From Ferroglobus placidus DSM 10642 (GTDB lineage: Archaea > Halobacteriota > Archaeoglobi > Archaeoglobales > Archaeoglobaceae): DNA of 32,000 nt. Numbering within the stretch: the first letter of the stretch is position 1; every line of letters starts with the position of its first letter. Location: the NCBI RefSeq assembly GCF_000025505.1, contig NC_013849.1, forward strand, positions 1,020,001-1,052,000, in the 5' to 3' direction. Both the position numbers and the translations under genes were made by a program. A model generated the notes under the pieces. The model was given only the letters and a program-made list of their open reading frames with translations. It had not been told where the DNA came from and made no database searches. Shown here piece after piece: positions 17,106 to 26,914 of the stretch.

Positions 17106-18239
17106 ATGCCAAGAGTAGCTAATAGAATAGCGGAAATAGACACGAGCGGAATTAGAAGAATGTTTGAAATAGTAAACGAGGCTAAAAAGAAGGGTTTAGA
17201 AGTGATAAACCTGTCCATAGGAGAGCCAGACTTCGACACCCACGAGGAGATAATAAAGCGAGCCTGCGAAGCTATGAGGAACGGATTTACTCATTACACT
17301 TCAAACTTCGGCATAGATGAGCTGAGAGAAGCCATAGCGGAAAGGTACAAGGAAAAGGGAGTAAACGTTTCAGCGGAAAACGTGATGGTTACCGTCGGAG
17401 CTTGTGAAGCTTTGATAAACGCGAGCTTCGCATTCATTGAGAGGGGAAGCAAAGTTGTTATTCCTTCTCCCTCCTTCTTAGCCTATTTCTCCTACGCGAA
17501 GATGTGCGAGGCTAAGCTCGTGACGGTAAAAACTCACGAGGACGGATTTATCCTTGATGCAGACAAGCTCAACGAAGTGATGGACAAAGAGGTGAGTGCA
17601 GTTTTCGTAAACTATCCCAACAACCCCACAGGAGCAGTGATGGATCAGAGGGAGCTAAAAGCTGTTTACGAAGTTGCCTCAGATTACGGAGCGGTGGTCA
17701 TAAGCGACGAGGTCTACGATTCGATTTACTACGACAAAAAGCCGGGAACTCTTGCCGGAGAGGAGAACGCTATAGTTGTGAACGGCTTTTCGAAGAGCTT
17801 GGCTATGACCGGCTGGAGACTCGGCTACGTTGTTGCGAGCGAAGAGCTCCTCGAGAAAATGCTGAGGCTTCACCAGATTAACGGAGTCTGCGCTCCAGCT
17901 TTCGCTCAGAAGGCGGTTGCGGAAGTTATGGCTGAGGGAATCGATAAAAAGATTACCGGAGAAATGGTGGCTGAGTTTAGAAAGAGAAGGGACTTCGTCT
18001 ATTCTCGCCTGAAAGAACTCGGATTCGAAGTCGTTAAGCCGGAAGGAGCTTTCTACTTCTTCCCGAGATACGAAAACGCTACTGAGTTCGTTCAGAGGCT
18101 CGTGAGCGAGAAGGGAGTTGCATTAACTCCCGGCACTCCCTTCGGAGACGGAAACGAGAACTACTTCAGAATAAGCTACGCAACCTCGATGGAGAATTTA
18201 AAGAAGGCTTTCGAGAAAATTGAGGAGTTTTTATCTTAA
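17106..18239 (+). CDS. PLP-dependent class I/II aminotransferase (aspartate aminotransferase-like)
   Basis: NLSIGEPDFDTHEEI, NYPNNPTGAV, SDEVYDSIYY, NGFSKSLAMTGWRLGYV. Confidence 0.9.
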   Translation: MPRVANRIAEIDTSGIRRMFEIVNEAKKKGLEVINLSIGEPDFDTHEEIIKRACEAMRNGFTHYTSNFGIDELREAIAERYKEKGVNVSAENVMVTVGACEALINASFAFIERGSKVVIPSPSFLAYFSYAKMCEAKLVTVKTHEDGFILDADKLNEVMDKEVSAVFVNYPNNPTGAVMDQRELKAVYEVASDYGAVVISDEVYDSIYYDKKPGTLAGEENAIVVNGFSKSLAMTGWRLGYVVASEELLEKMLRLHQINGVCAPAFAQKAVAEVMAEGIDKKITGEMVAEFRKRRDFVYSRLKELGFEVVKPEGAFYFFPRYENATEFVQRLVSEKGVALTPGTPFGDGNENYFRISYATSMENLKKAFEKIEEFLS

Positions 18240-18324
18240 ATTTTATTTTTCAAGTTGTCTTTTTACCGCAAAGGATTCGAGAAAGTTTAAAAACAACCTG
18301 CGGGAATCGCCGAACAGATTGCCG

Positions 18325-18975
18325 CTAATCCTTAAGCTTGTACTTGTCCCTCTCTTTGTGCACCATATTCAGTTTTTTCAACTCACATATGTGGTACTGG
18401 ACGGTTTTAACGCTTAAATTCAGCTTTTCGGCTATTTGTTTTGCGGTCAAACACTTATGCTCTTTCAGTAACTCTATAATCTCCTTCTTTCGACCTTTAA
18501 CAGCGATTGTCGGGTTAAAGTCATCAAAGCTTAGAAGCAAGTGCCTGCTTTTGCCGTTCTTAACAGTTTTTATCCAGCCATCTTCTTCCAGCTTGTTTAG
18601 ATGGTATCTGAGTGTGCTTCTGTTCTCTCCCGTAATCTTTTCGAGATCGGTTATGCTTATTCCCGGGTTTTCCATTATTGTCTTCAGAATTCTCCGTCTC
18701 TTTGCGTTTTCAATTGCCGATCTGATTTTGGTTACTACGATTGGCAGCAGCTTCCACGCAGCAAGAATTCCTGCTATTACCGTTACGATATGGTGGATTT
18801 TTATCCACAAAGGCAGATCCCAGAAGGAGACTTTAACCTCTGTTGTTGGATCGTTTTTGATTCTCTCCATCAGCTCCTCGTCGCTGACGTTGGCTGGCTT
18901 AACTTCAAATGCGTGAGCTAACGTTAACAGAAAGATTAGGAGTAAGAGACCCGAAAGCGCGTAATTCCACCTCAT
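18325..18975 (-). CDS. Membrane-linked transcriptional regulator with two C-terminal HTH domains
   Basis: Signal/TM at N-terminus, second TM (IVTVIAGILAAWKLLPIVV), then RRRILKTIMENPGISITDLEKITGENRSTLRYHLNKLEEDGWI and KKEIIELLKEHKCLTAKQIAEKLNLSVKTVQYHICELKKLNMV. Confidence 0.8.
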   Translation of the reverse strand: MRWNYALSGLLLLIFLLTLAHAFEVKPANVSDEELMERIKNDPTTEVKVSFWDLPLWIKIHHIVTVIAGILAAWKLLPIVVTKIRSAIENAKRRRILKTIMENPGISITDLEKITGENRSTLRYHLNKLEEDGWIKTVKNGKSRHLLLSFDDFNPTIAVKGRKKEIIELLKEHKCLTAKQIAEKLNLSVKTVQYHICELKKLNMVHKERDKYKLKD

Positions 18976-19002
18976 GTCATTAGGCTTCCATCACATTGCA
19001 AA

Positions 19003-19368
19003 TCAAACTACTGTCAGAGAGTAGTGCTGAACTCCACTCACCTTTTCGCCGTATACCTTGAAGTACCAGAGACCAGTCTGAGCGTTACTTATGGTTAAGA
19101 GAATCTTTCTATCCACCCTTCCATCGGACGAGTCGCGGAATGTTTGATAGGTACCGTCTGGAGAATATACCGTTAAGGTAAGGCTGTTGGACGGATTGTT
19201 CCATACCAAATAAACGTCGAAGGAAGAGGAGGATATGTATTCGTAGAACCAGTCCGCTTCTCCCTGCCTTACCGAATCGTAGACCGTATTGATTTCAATC
19301 TCTTTAGCATTTGCCGGTAAAAGCAATACTAACGCCGCCACCGCCAGCAAAATCTTAAATTCTCTCAT
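19003..19368 (-). CDS. Secreted protein, PPC-like beta-sandwich domain
   Basis: MREFKILLAVAALVLLLPANAKE signal peptide; NPSNSLTLTVYSPDGTYQTFRDSSDGRVDRKILLTISNAQTGLWYFKVYG. Start chosen at 19368 rather than track start 19509. Confidence 0.65.
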   Translation of the reverse strand: MREFKILLAVAALVLLLPANAKEIEINTVYDSVRQGEADWFYEYISSSSFDVYLVWNNPSNSLTLTVYSPDGTYQTFRDSSDGRVDRKILLTISNAQTGLWYFKVYGEKVSGVQHYSLTVV

Positions 19369-19391
19369 GAGTCGTTTACATAACCATTTAC

Positions 19392-19465
19392 TATATATGT
19401 TTTCTGACCATGTTTTGAGAGTATAAAAATATATAGATATTTTACTATCGAAGACGTCAGAATTG
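19392..19465. promoter_or_regulatory. Palindromic promoter/operator element, copy 1 (divergent upstream of 19368)
   Basis: tatatatgttttctgaccatgttttgagagtataaaaat...gacgtcagaattg; diverged copy of the element below. In reverse it places a TATA box ~24-30 bp before ATG 19368. Confidence 0.6.
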
Positions 19466-19594
19466 GAAGAGGTGAATAACTGAGATGCAACCCATGCCAC
19501 TCTCCCCACCAGCTTTTGTAGGAAATCAAGGCTGCGAGCTTAGAAAAAAAGTAACGATGAGGGAGAGTCTACAATTTAATATTGGAATTTCTGG

Positions 19595-19675
19595 TATATA
19601 AATTTTCTGAACATGTTTTAGGAATATTAAATTAGAAAAATAATTCTAAAGATATGTTTAAAATTGTTATATAGC
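19595..19675. promoter_or_regulatory. Palindromic promoter/operator element, copy 2
   Basis: tatataaattttctgaacatgttttaggaatattaaattagaaaaataattctaaagatatgtttaaaattgttatatagc, upstream of 19713 gene. Confidence 0.7.
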
Positions 19676-19712
19676 AGTAAATGTATGTTGAGTAAGAAAT
19701 GGAGGTGATATT

Positions 19713-20618
19713 GTGAGAACAGCCAAAGTAGGATTGGTAGTGTTGCTGGCTTTGGTTATGCTGGGAAGTGTTGTAAGTCCAGTGGTGGGAAAACAGATAA
19801 AGTATTTAGATGAGAAAGAATATATAAGACAAATAAACGAATTAGCCAGTGAAGTGAAAAAAATAAGGGAAAAAGCAAAAAATGGCGAATTGACGCCTGA
19901 CGAGGCTAAAAGAAAAATTCTGTCACTCATAGATGACCCAAAATACAATCAAGTAAAGTTAATGAAAGAGATCGTTGAAAGTAAGCGGACTTACGAATTA
20001 GAGCATGAAAAACCCAAGAGGCATCCACAAAGTATGAATACTAAAAATATGGGAAATACTGCTACTGTGCCACTTTCCTCAACCTATTACTACTATGGTG
20101 TCGATGATATGTCTGCTTACAAAGGAGGGTGGGGCATAGGACATAACATAGCCAACACATATCCTTCAGATCAATACGTAAGAATAGCCGCAAGAGCGGA
20201 AATTGTGGGATCCTATTACGCAGACGGGTATATGTACAAGTACTTCTATGCGCCAAAAACAGGCAATGCAATCGTCAGTGTCTTCTTTGATTGGAGTGGT
20301 GGTAGTTTATATCCAGCTGATTGTAGCATAGATTTTGTGCTGTGGAAATACGAAGATGGTATCGGATGGGTGAAAGTTGCCAGTGAGAAAGATGTGGTCA
20401 GTCTTACGGGATATACACCAACACAAGGTCCAAACAACGAAAGTGCTTCGGTTTCTGTTTACTTGACAGCCGGAGATTACTATTCTCTCCAGCTGCAAAT
20501 CCACACAAAAGGAGATGCCACAGGGGAACATGCTGTATCCAGTGGAGATTTTGGGTTTGATGCGTGGCCACATGCGTCAAATGTACACTGGCAATACGCC
20601 AGAGTTATATATCAGTGA
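19713..20618 (+). CDS. Secreted/surface protein of the local array (member A)
   Basis: [28 protein letters not shown] signal peptide shared with other array members; GGAGGTGAT RBS. Confidence 0.75.
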   Translation: MRTAKVGLVVLLALVMLGSVVSPVVGKQIKYLDEKEYIRQINELASEVKKIREKAKNGELTPDEAKRKILSLIDDPKYNQVKLMKEIVESKRTYELEHEKPKRHPQSMNTKNMGNTATVPLSSTYYYYGVDDMSAYKGGWGIGHNIANTYPSDQYVRIAARAEIVGSYYADGYMYKYFYAPKTGNAIVSVFFDWSGGSLYPADCSIDFVLWKYEDGIGWVKVASEKDVVSLTGYTPTQGPNNESASVSVYLTAGDYYSLQLQIHTKGDATGEHAVSSGDFGFDAWPHASNVHWQYARVIYQ

Positions 20619-20632
20619 GGTCGTGAAGTGGT

Positions 20633-20737
20633 ATGAATATCGGTGTTAGTGAGATTCTTTTGGCTGCCCAATTTTTTATTCTTTTAGTAATTATTTATTT
20701 GTTTATAAGAATTTACAAGAAAATAAAAGAATTCTGA
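20633..20737 (+). CDS. 34-aa single-pass membrane miniprotein
   Basis: MNIGVSEILLAAQFFILLVIIYLFIRIYKKIKEF*; starts 15 bp after the upstream stop; absent from ORF track. Confidence 0.45.
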   Translation: MNIGVSEILLAAQFFILLVIIYLFIRIYKKIKEF

Positions 20738-20953
20738 ATAAATATGAATTCGACGCAGATATTCGGTAGAATTGAGAATAATGTTAGTATAAGCAGCTAT
20801 AAGCAAAACTCGCTGAAATTTTTAGTGGTGGCAATACAGCTCATAAAAATAGACCTAAATAAATGGATTCCTGTCTTATCTAAACATTGTTTAAATTTCT
20901 CGAATGATTTTGTAGGTTTTATAGAGTTAGAGACATTAGAGTAGTTGTAAACC

Positions 20954-21112
20954 AGCTTTCTGGCAGAAAATGGGAGTTTGATCGTATTCTGCAGCCGTGA
21001 AAATGAGATGATAGCTGTATTGAAGGTTGAAAAGAAGGAGCTGGATGCTCTGAAAACTTTAGTCCCAGACGGTGGGTTGTTCAATGACATACGCGCTGCT
21101 GGTTTTGATTAG
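20954..21112 (+). pseudogene. 3' remnant of a paralog of the 26159..26914 gene
   Basis: Reads SFLAENGSLIVFCSRENEMIAVLKVEKKELDALK versus SFLAENESLVVFCSRERELIAVVKVDKTELELLK in the intact gene; in-frame TAA at 20948-20950 upstream. Confidence 0.75.
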
Positions 21113-21181
21113 TTTTTAGGGTTGCGAATGTGCAACACTTATTCAGGTGAGTTCAAATTATTGAGCATTCATGTTAATTAG

Positions 21182-21261
21182 TATATAAACTTTATGACCA
21201 TAATTTGAGAACATAAAATTAGTTTAATATTCTAAAGTTATGGTCAGAATTGTTATATAGC
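21182..21261. promoter_or_regulatory. Palindromic promoter/operator element, copy 3
   Basis: tatataaactttatgaccataatttgagaacataaaattagtttaatattctaaagttatggtcagaattgttatatagc. Confidence 0.75.
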
Positions 21262-21302
21262 AATAGATAATGTAATATTGTGTAAATAAAAGAGGTGATG
21301 TG

Positions 21303-22199
21303 GTGAGAGTAGCTAAAGTAGGATTGGCGGTGTTACTGGTTTTGGTGATGTGGAGTAGCGTGGTGAGTCCAGTGATGGGGAAACAGACAAAAACGGTAAC
21401 AACTCTGGACACAAAGAACCTTTCACCAAACGATTTAATTGACACGGAAGAGATATACAGATACCTTCAGAACACATCGAAAGAAGAGGTCAGAAAGAAA
21501 TACGAAGAAGCTGTAATCATTGCCAAAGAGCAGTATAGGAAGGCAATCGAAAAACAGGATAAGGTTGTCAAAGAGATAGTGAAAAACAGAACGGGATTCA
21601 AGGATGATGAAATCAATACATTTATCAAAAGCGGGTATTACCACTCTGACCCAACTGCCGATGGTGGGACTGCGGATAGCGGAGGGTCTGGTATCGGATT
21701 CTCCAAAGCGTATACAAATGGTAATGAAATTCACGTATTCTCAAGGGCATGGGCTGCAGGTTCGTACTGGGCTACAGCCAGAGTTTGGGATGAGTTCACA
21801 TACACTGCATCTGATCACTGGAATAAGATTACTGTCAATTATTACTTGAGGGGTTTGCTTTTTGGAACCTTCCTACCTCCGTACACTGGGAGCTTCAGCA
21901 CTAAAATCGATATATACCTTCGTGTTTATGATCACACTGAAAATAAGGAAGTTGTTAAGCAGAAAATTTTCTCAGATGAAGTTTCAGTAATTCCTGGAAG
22001 TAAATGGCATGACGAAAGCAGAAGTGGATACGTTTACGCATACCTTAAGAACGGACATACGTATACAGTAGAACTGATCGGAGAAGTAAGTTCGCAGGCA
22101 GTTTTAGAGGCTGTTTGCTACTCTGATTTCAGCGACCAACAGTTCAACGGGGAATGGAGGTTAGTTAATTGGGAAAGTGACGTAGTCGAATGGATATAA
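21303..22199 (+). CDS. Secreted/surface protein of the local array (member B)
   Basis: [28 protein letters not shown] signal peptide near-identical at DNA level to member A; beta-rich C-terminal half. Confidence 0.75.
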   Translation: MRVAKVGLAVLLVLVMWSSVVSPVMGKQTKTVTTLDTKNLSPNDLIDTEEIYRYLQNTSKEEVRKKYEEAVIIAKEQYRKAIEKQDKVVKEIVKNRTGFKDDEINTFIKSGYYHSDPTADGGTADSGGSGIGFSKAYTNGNEIHVFSRAWAAGSYWATARVWDEFTYTASDHWNKITVNYYLRGLLFGTFLPPYTGSFSTKIDIYLRVYDHTENKEVVKQKIFSDEVSVIPGSKWHDESRSGYVYAYLKNGHTYTVELIGEVSSQAVLEAVCYSDFSDQQFNGEWRLVNWESDVVEWI

Positions 22200-22241
22200 T
22201 CCTACAACACTTTTATTTATTTTATCTGTGGGGATAATGTT

Positions 22242-22502
22242 ATGGTAGAGTGGATAAGCATTTTTGTATCATTTCTGATGATACTGATAGCACTTTATTT
22301 TTACTGGAGAATTTCGAAAAGAGTAAGAAGTCCTGCGAAAGAGAGAATCAGAGATGTTGGAATAGTAGGGATTATAATTTATTCGTGCGGTGTATTTTTT
22401 CAGAACTACGAACTCGCTGTTGCTGGCTCACTCATCTGGGCTTACGGAATGTTATTGCTCTTGGTTGAAGAATATCGAAAGGGAAAGGAGGAATCAAAAT
22501 GA
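22242..22502 (+). CDS. Small membrane protein (86 aa)
   Basis: Three hydrophobic segments; directly follows member B. Confidence 0.6.
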   Translation: MVEWISIFVSFLMILIALYFYWRISKRVRSPAKERIRDVGIVGIIIYSCGVFFQNYELAVAGSLIWAYGMLLLLVEEYRKGKEESK

Positions 22503-22548
22503 AATCATAAAGAAAATTAAAGAAAAGATTTAAATTGAGTTGGTTTAT

Positions 22549-23508
22549 ATGAACTCAGAAACTCTGCTGTTAGTGGTCGGTTATAGCCTGTACATTCTAT
22601 TCTTCGCACTGATCGTAAAAAGCACTCTCACGCTGAAAAGAGAAGAACCGACTGAGCTCGTTCCTTGGTGGGGTCAAAACAGACACAGTTGGGTGATTGG
22701 TGATGTGCCTGTTCCAGGATACGATAATTATGGACCGGATTCTTTGGAGTTGTATTTAAATAAGGCGAGAAACCAGTTTGAGCAGGGTGATGTAGAAGGG
22801 GCATATATTTACATTGGAAAGGCTTTGCATTACATCGAAGATTTGGGCAATCCATTCCACACATCGTCGGTTTATGGCCAAGCCCACCATATAGAGTACG
22901 AAAGTTGGGTCAGCAATCATTGGAGCGAGTTAAAGTCAGCGATGTACGTTAACGAATACTATATCATCACAGATCCAAGCGAAGATGCAAAAAACCTTGC
23001 AACCTTCTCACATCAATACTTGCAACAAATCTGCGACATAATGAACACGCCGGGATGGGAAAACAACCAGCAATTAAATGAACAATTGAAGAGCATTACG
23101 AGAACGCTAATAAGTGAAACCATGAAATATACAATGGGTATGATCGTTTACGCTACCAAGTTTGAATCGCCAGATACTGCAGGCTCCAATTATGTTCCAA
23201 TCTACGATCATCAGACTTCCTACGTCAACATAAACGATATTGCGTGCAGCAATCAGGTTTTGGCAATTGTGGAGATAGATCACACATATCCAGCAGATTT
23301 GGAGATATGGATAGGCTACAAGAGAACATACCAGAACACTTATACGGAGACAAAAGTGTGGGATCATGACTGGAGTAGCAACAACCACATAACAATCCAG
23401 CACTACTTCTGGCTGACTCCATCGAATTACGACTGGAGACTAAGAGTTTACGATGCTTGGAGCGGAGATCACGGCAAAATAACAGACTTTTACGTGCTGA
23501 TAGGGTGA
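22549..23508 (+). CDS. N-terminally truncated PLC-like (zinc phospholipase C/S1-P1 type) domain with N-terminal TM and C-terminal P-domain-like region
   Basis: ALHYIEDLGNPFHT...HHIEYE matches HxxxDx5H...HxxxE; C-terminus VLAIVEIDHTYPADLEIWIG...YDWRLRVYDAWSGDHGKITDFYVLIG resembles a proprotein-convertase P-domain. Confidence 0.65.
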   Translation: MNSETLLLVVGYSLYILFFALIVKSTLTLKREEPTELVPWWGQNRHSWVIGDVPVPGYDNYGPDSLELYLNKARNQFEQGDVEGAYIYIGKALHYIEDLGNPFHTSSVYGQAHHIEYESWVSNHWSELKSAMYVNEYYIITDPSEDAKNLATFSHQYLQQICDIMNTPGWENNQQLNEQLKSITRTLISETMKYTMGMIVYATKFESPDTAGSNYVPIYDHQTSYVNINDIACSNQVLAIVEIDHTYPADLEIWIGYKRTYQNTYTETKVWDHDWSSNNHITIQHYFWLTPSNYDWRLRVYDAWSGDHGKITDFYVLIG

Positions 23509-23512
23509 TCCT

Positions 23513-24076
23513 ATGCCAAAAATAACTCTCAAATTTTTTAAAATTCTTATTTCATCGTTTTTAACTTCAATAGTGTTTATGAACATTCCGATCTACATGG
23601 TATTCCCAAAAATGTCTTCCTATGAATTCGGAGGTTTTCTTGCAGTAATTTCACTAATCGGTTTGATTTTTCTGAGTATGGAGGTGGAAAATAAGAAATC
23701 TGCCATACCTTTTGCAGTTTCTCTCTTGGCCTATGTATTTTTGATATTGACCTACAGAATATATCCGGACATTTTCCCAAATCACGACAGCTTTGCTTTG
23801 ATAGAATACACTCTGTTATCGGGTTTAATGATCTGCGCCTCGATTTTTCTTTACAGCAATATCGAGGATGGAAAAAGGGCTGTTACTGGATTTTTAGTTT
23901 TTGTAGTGCTCTACTCCGCCCTAACACTGATACCCTCAGCTTATGACGTGCTTTTCACTGAGCACCATTTAATCAGAGAGAGCCTGCTCTTATTTTACGG
24001 ATTGTTTCAATTAATAGCTACAATTTTTGGATTGTTTTATGTGACTTTGATGGTTATGAACAATGAACGTTTTTAA
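23513..24076 (+). CDS. Polytopic membrane protein (187 aa)
   Basis: Multiple hydrophobic helices, 4 bp after the upstream stop. Confidence 0.65.
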   Translation: MPKITLKFFKILISSFLTSIVFMNIPIYMVFPKMSSYEFGGFLAVISLIGLIFLSMEVENKKSAIPFAVSLLAYVFLILTYRIYPDIFPNHDSFALIEYTLLSGLMICASIFLYSNIEDGKRAVTGFLVFVVLYSALTLIPSAYDVLFTEHHLIRESLLLFYGLFQLIATIFGLFYVTLMVMNNERF

Positions 24077-24185
24077 ATGTTAGTGTCTCGACGCTTTCGA
24101 GATAGTAAGCCATGTATTCAAATGTCCAGGATCAAGAAAGTCTATTTCTTTCCATTGTTTTTGATTCTCACAGCGAATTAACTAC

Positions 24186-24264
24186 TATATAAACTTTATG
24201 ACCATAAGTTGAGAACATAAAATTAGTTTAATATTCTAAACATATGGTAAGAATTATTATATAT
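24186..24264. promoter_or_regulatory. Palindromic promoter/operator element, copy 4
   Basis: tatataaactttatgaccataagttgagaacataaaattagtttaatattctaaacatatggtaagaattattatatatc; nearly identical to copy 3. Confidence 0.75.
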
Positions 24265-24301
24265 CAGTAAGTGTTAAGTAAGTAAAGAAAGAGGTGTTGC
24301 G

Positions 24302-25315
24302 ATGAGAAAAGCTGTATTGGTGTTGCTGCTTTTTGTGATTGCATGTAACGGAACCGTGGCGGGAAAAGAGTTCTCGGACGAGGTATCCGAAATCGTCGAA
24401 AGGATCTTAAACGAAGATGTCAAAGTGAACGTTCAGCCGGGCAAACTTCCGTCGAAAGCCGAGATAGAACAGCTGAACACCTATGTAAATCCGGTAACCA
24501 AGATCGTTAAAGCCTTAAAAGCTCGTGGGCTGGATAACAAGGAGATAGTTGAAATTCTAAAGAGGTACAATCTGGGTTGGGATCCAAGAACCGGAGCGGC
24601 ATGGAGGGAGTTTAAAAAGCCATCTGAAAAGGAGTTGTCATACCTGAAAACTCTTAAGCCACTAAGTAAAAATAATAATGATGTAAGTATAAACCAGATT
24701 TCTGGGCAGGCAAATCAGGTTATGGAGGTTATCCCAGACGATATTTATCGAGGGATAAATACAAATTTGAAACCCAGTGAGATGAGGCTTGAATCAGATG
24801 GAACGGTTCAACACGTTATAACTACTCACGTTGGAAGAACTCTCGTCAATGAGAGTTGCTGGACAGAAGCTGGTGTAGTTAGGTGGTTGGTTGATGGTGA
24901 ACCGTCAGATATCTGGATATTCACTTTCGATAACGATGAGGGACAGTGGAAATGGCATGGTACGACGAATTCTTCTACATTCACGAATTACATAATTTAC
25001 GTGACTGACCAAGTAGATGCCTGGGGATACATATACCACATCTGGATTAACGAAGAGTGGGTTAGAAGTGGGCACTTGTGGTACAGAGAGAACAATGTCG
25101 ATCAAGCTAACGAGGTGTGGACGGATACTGGAAGCTATACAGATGATTACGGCGTTGCAAAGCATGACGATCCGTTCCTGTATATTCAGGATTACGCTGT
25201 GTGGTGGGACGACAACGTAAGAACCGAGTGGTGGCATTCTCCAACAAATCAGTGCCCGGTGAAGGAATATCACGAGCTGGAGGGTAGCTCATGGGCTTAC
25301 TGGACGTGGATCTAA
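24302..25315 (+). CDS. Secreted/surface protein of the local array (member C)
   Basis: MRKAVLVLLLFVIACNGTVAGKE signal peptide; Trp-rich C-terminal half. Confidence 0.75.
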   Translation: MRKAVLVLLLFVIACNGTVAGKEFSDEVSEIVERILNEDVKVNVQPGKLPSKAEIEQLNTYVNPVTKIVKALKARGLDNKEIVEILKRYNLGWDPRTGAAWREFKKPSEKELSYLKTLKPLSKNNNDVSINQISGQANQVMEVIPDDIYRGINTNLKPSEMRLESDGTVQHVITTHVGRTLVNESCWTEAGVVRWLVDGEPSDIWIFTFDNDEGQWKWHGTTNSSTFTNYIIYVTDQVDAWGYIYHIWINEEWVRSGHLWYRENNVDQANEVWTDTGSYTDDYGVAKHDDPFLYIQDYAVWWDDNVRTEWWHSPTNQCPVKEYHELEGSSWAYWTWI

Positions 25316-26175
25316 CAAAAATCTTTCTCATCTTTATTGTTGTATTCTCCTTAATTATCTCCGGTTGTTCCGATAAAGATGAGAACAAGTCTAACGAAGG
25401 TGAAGAAATTAACGTCAGCCAGAAAGCTCTCCAAATAGCTTTAAACGACAGCAAGGTCAGGAGGGTAATCGGTACGAACTACAAGATCATCGAAGTGTCG
25501 AAATCCCACCTGGAGATAATAGGCAACGGAACGAGGATTTCAAGAGATTATCCGGTAGTAGTTATCGAAACGAAAAGCTCAATTGAGTACATCTTCGTGG
25601 ATGTTCAAAATGAAACGGTCGTGCACATAGGGAGGATTTATAAAAGATCTCCCCTCCCAACAGAAGAACCAAAGCAAACGTCCATGCCTCCAGTAAGCGT
25701 TAATATAACTTTCATCGAGAACACAATCCTAAAAAAAGATGAAATAAAATCCGTTATTGGAGAAGAGTTTGAAGTAATTAGCTATGAATTTACGAACAAC
25801 TCCACAATAATAAAGGTGTTTGTTCAAACGCCATGTGCCGATTATTCCATAAAGTATGGTCTTGCTAACAACACGGTAATTTCAATCGATAACGTTTATC
25901 CCTGGAAGAAGACAATAAAAGAGGAGCCTGTAAGCGAGGAAGAAAAACAGAGATTTCTTGCCATAGCCCTAAACGATTCGAGAATTAAAGAAGTGCTGAA
26001 GGGGAGAGATTTTAATGTTAGCATGGTCAAGTACGTCATGTATATGGCCTGCCAGAAAGCAAGGGACCCCGATTCTGTACACATAACGTTCAAACTTGAT
26101 TCAGAGATTTACAGGGTTGTTTTACTCCCATACAACGGTGAACTGAGAGTTGTAAGGGTTGAAAGGATGGTATGA
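25291..26175 (+). CDS. Putative lipoprotein
   Basis: KIFLIFIVVFSLIISGCSDKDENKSN lipobox; overlaps the preceding gene by 25 bp. Confidence 0.7.
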   Translation: MGLLDVDLTKIFLIFIVVFSLIISGCSDKDENKSNEGEEINVSQKALQIALNDSKVRRVIGTNYKIIEVSKSHLEIIGNGTRISRDYPVVVIETKSSIEYIFVDVQNETVVHIGRIYKRSPLPTEEPKQTSMPPVSVNITFIENTILKKDEIKSVIGEEFEVISYEFTNNSTIIKVFVQTPCADYSIKYGLANNTVISIDNVYPWKKTIKEEPVSEEEKQRFLAIALNDSRIKEVLKGRDFNVSMVKYVMYMACQKARDPDSVHITFKLDSEIYRVVLLPYNGELRVVRVERMV

Positions 26176-26914
26176 GAATATTTCAGTGTTTTTTATGAAG
26201 CGAGAGGTCTTAATCTCGGTTCTCCTTGGGTTCTTCACCGGATCCCTCTTCATTCTGACAGCAATAGCCCTCGATGTGGCCGGCTTAAAATTTGATGTGT
26301 GGCTTCCAGTTGTGCTATCTCTCGCCATCGCCTCCGCACTTCTTATCTATGCACTTAGAGATGCAGGCAAAAAGAAGCTTGGAGTGGCCGTAGCCCTCTT
26401 TATAATTTCCTCAACATACAGCGTGAGCTTTTTCTACGATTTCACATCAATCGGCCCCACTCCAGAACAGCAGGCGTATATGCATTTGCTTTCAAAGATT
26501 CGGGATGTGAATGGAAAAATAGACCCGAACTGGAGAGATTCAAGCTGGAACTTTTTGAGCCCGAAGTGCTATTCAGCATCAGTGGCAAGAAAGTATGGTA
26601 ATACATCTCTTGAAATGGCGGTCTTTTCCTACAGATATTCGAAAACCCAGTACGATCCCAACAGACCCATAAAAATCCTTTTCACGAAGCTCTTCTGCGG
26701 CTATGCCGATTCAAAAACTGCTTATGAGAAATACAAAAGAGCTTTATTGAATAATGGATTTAAACTGGAGGAAAATAACGGCAGCTTTTTAGCAGAAAAC
26801 GAAAGTTTAGTTGTATTTTGCAGTCGTGAAAGAGAGCTGATTGCTGTGGTAAAGGTGGATAAGACGGAGCTGGAATTACTTAAAGCTGAAATCCATGATG
26901 TGGAAGTGATGTGA
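26159..26914 (+). CDS. Membrane protein with C-terminal soluble domain
   Basis: Two or more TM segments, overlaps upstream gene; C-terminus conserved in remnant at 20954-21112. Confidence 0.65.
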   Translation: MKGWYENISVFFMKREVLISVLLGFFTGSLFILTAIALDVAGLKFDVWLPVVLSLAIASALLIYALRDAGKKKLGVAVALFIISSTYSVSFFYDFTSIGPTPEQQAYMHLLSKIRDVNGKIDPNWRDSSWNFLSPKCYSASVARKYGNTSLEMAVFSYRYSKTQYDPNRPIKILFTKLFCGYADSKTAYEKYKRALLNNGFKLEENNGSFLAENESLVVFCSRERELIAVVKVDKTELELLKAEIHDVEVM

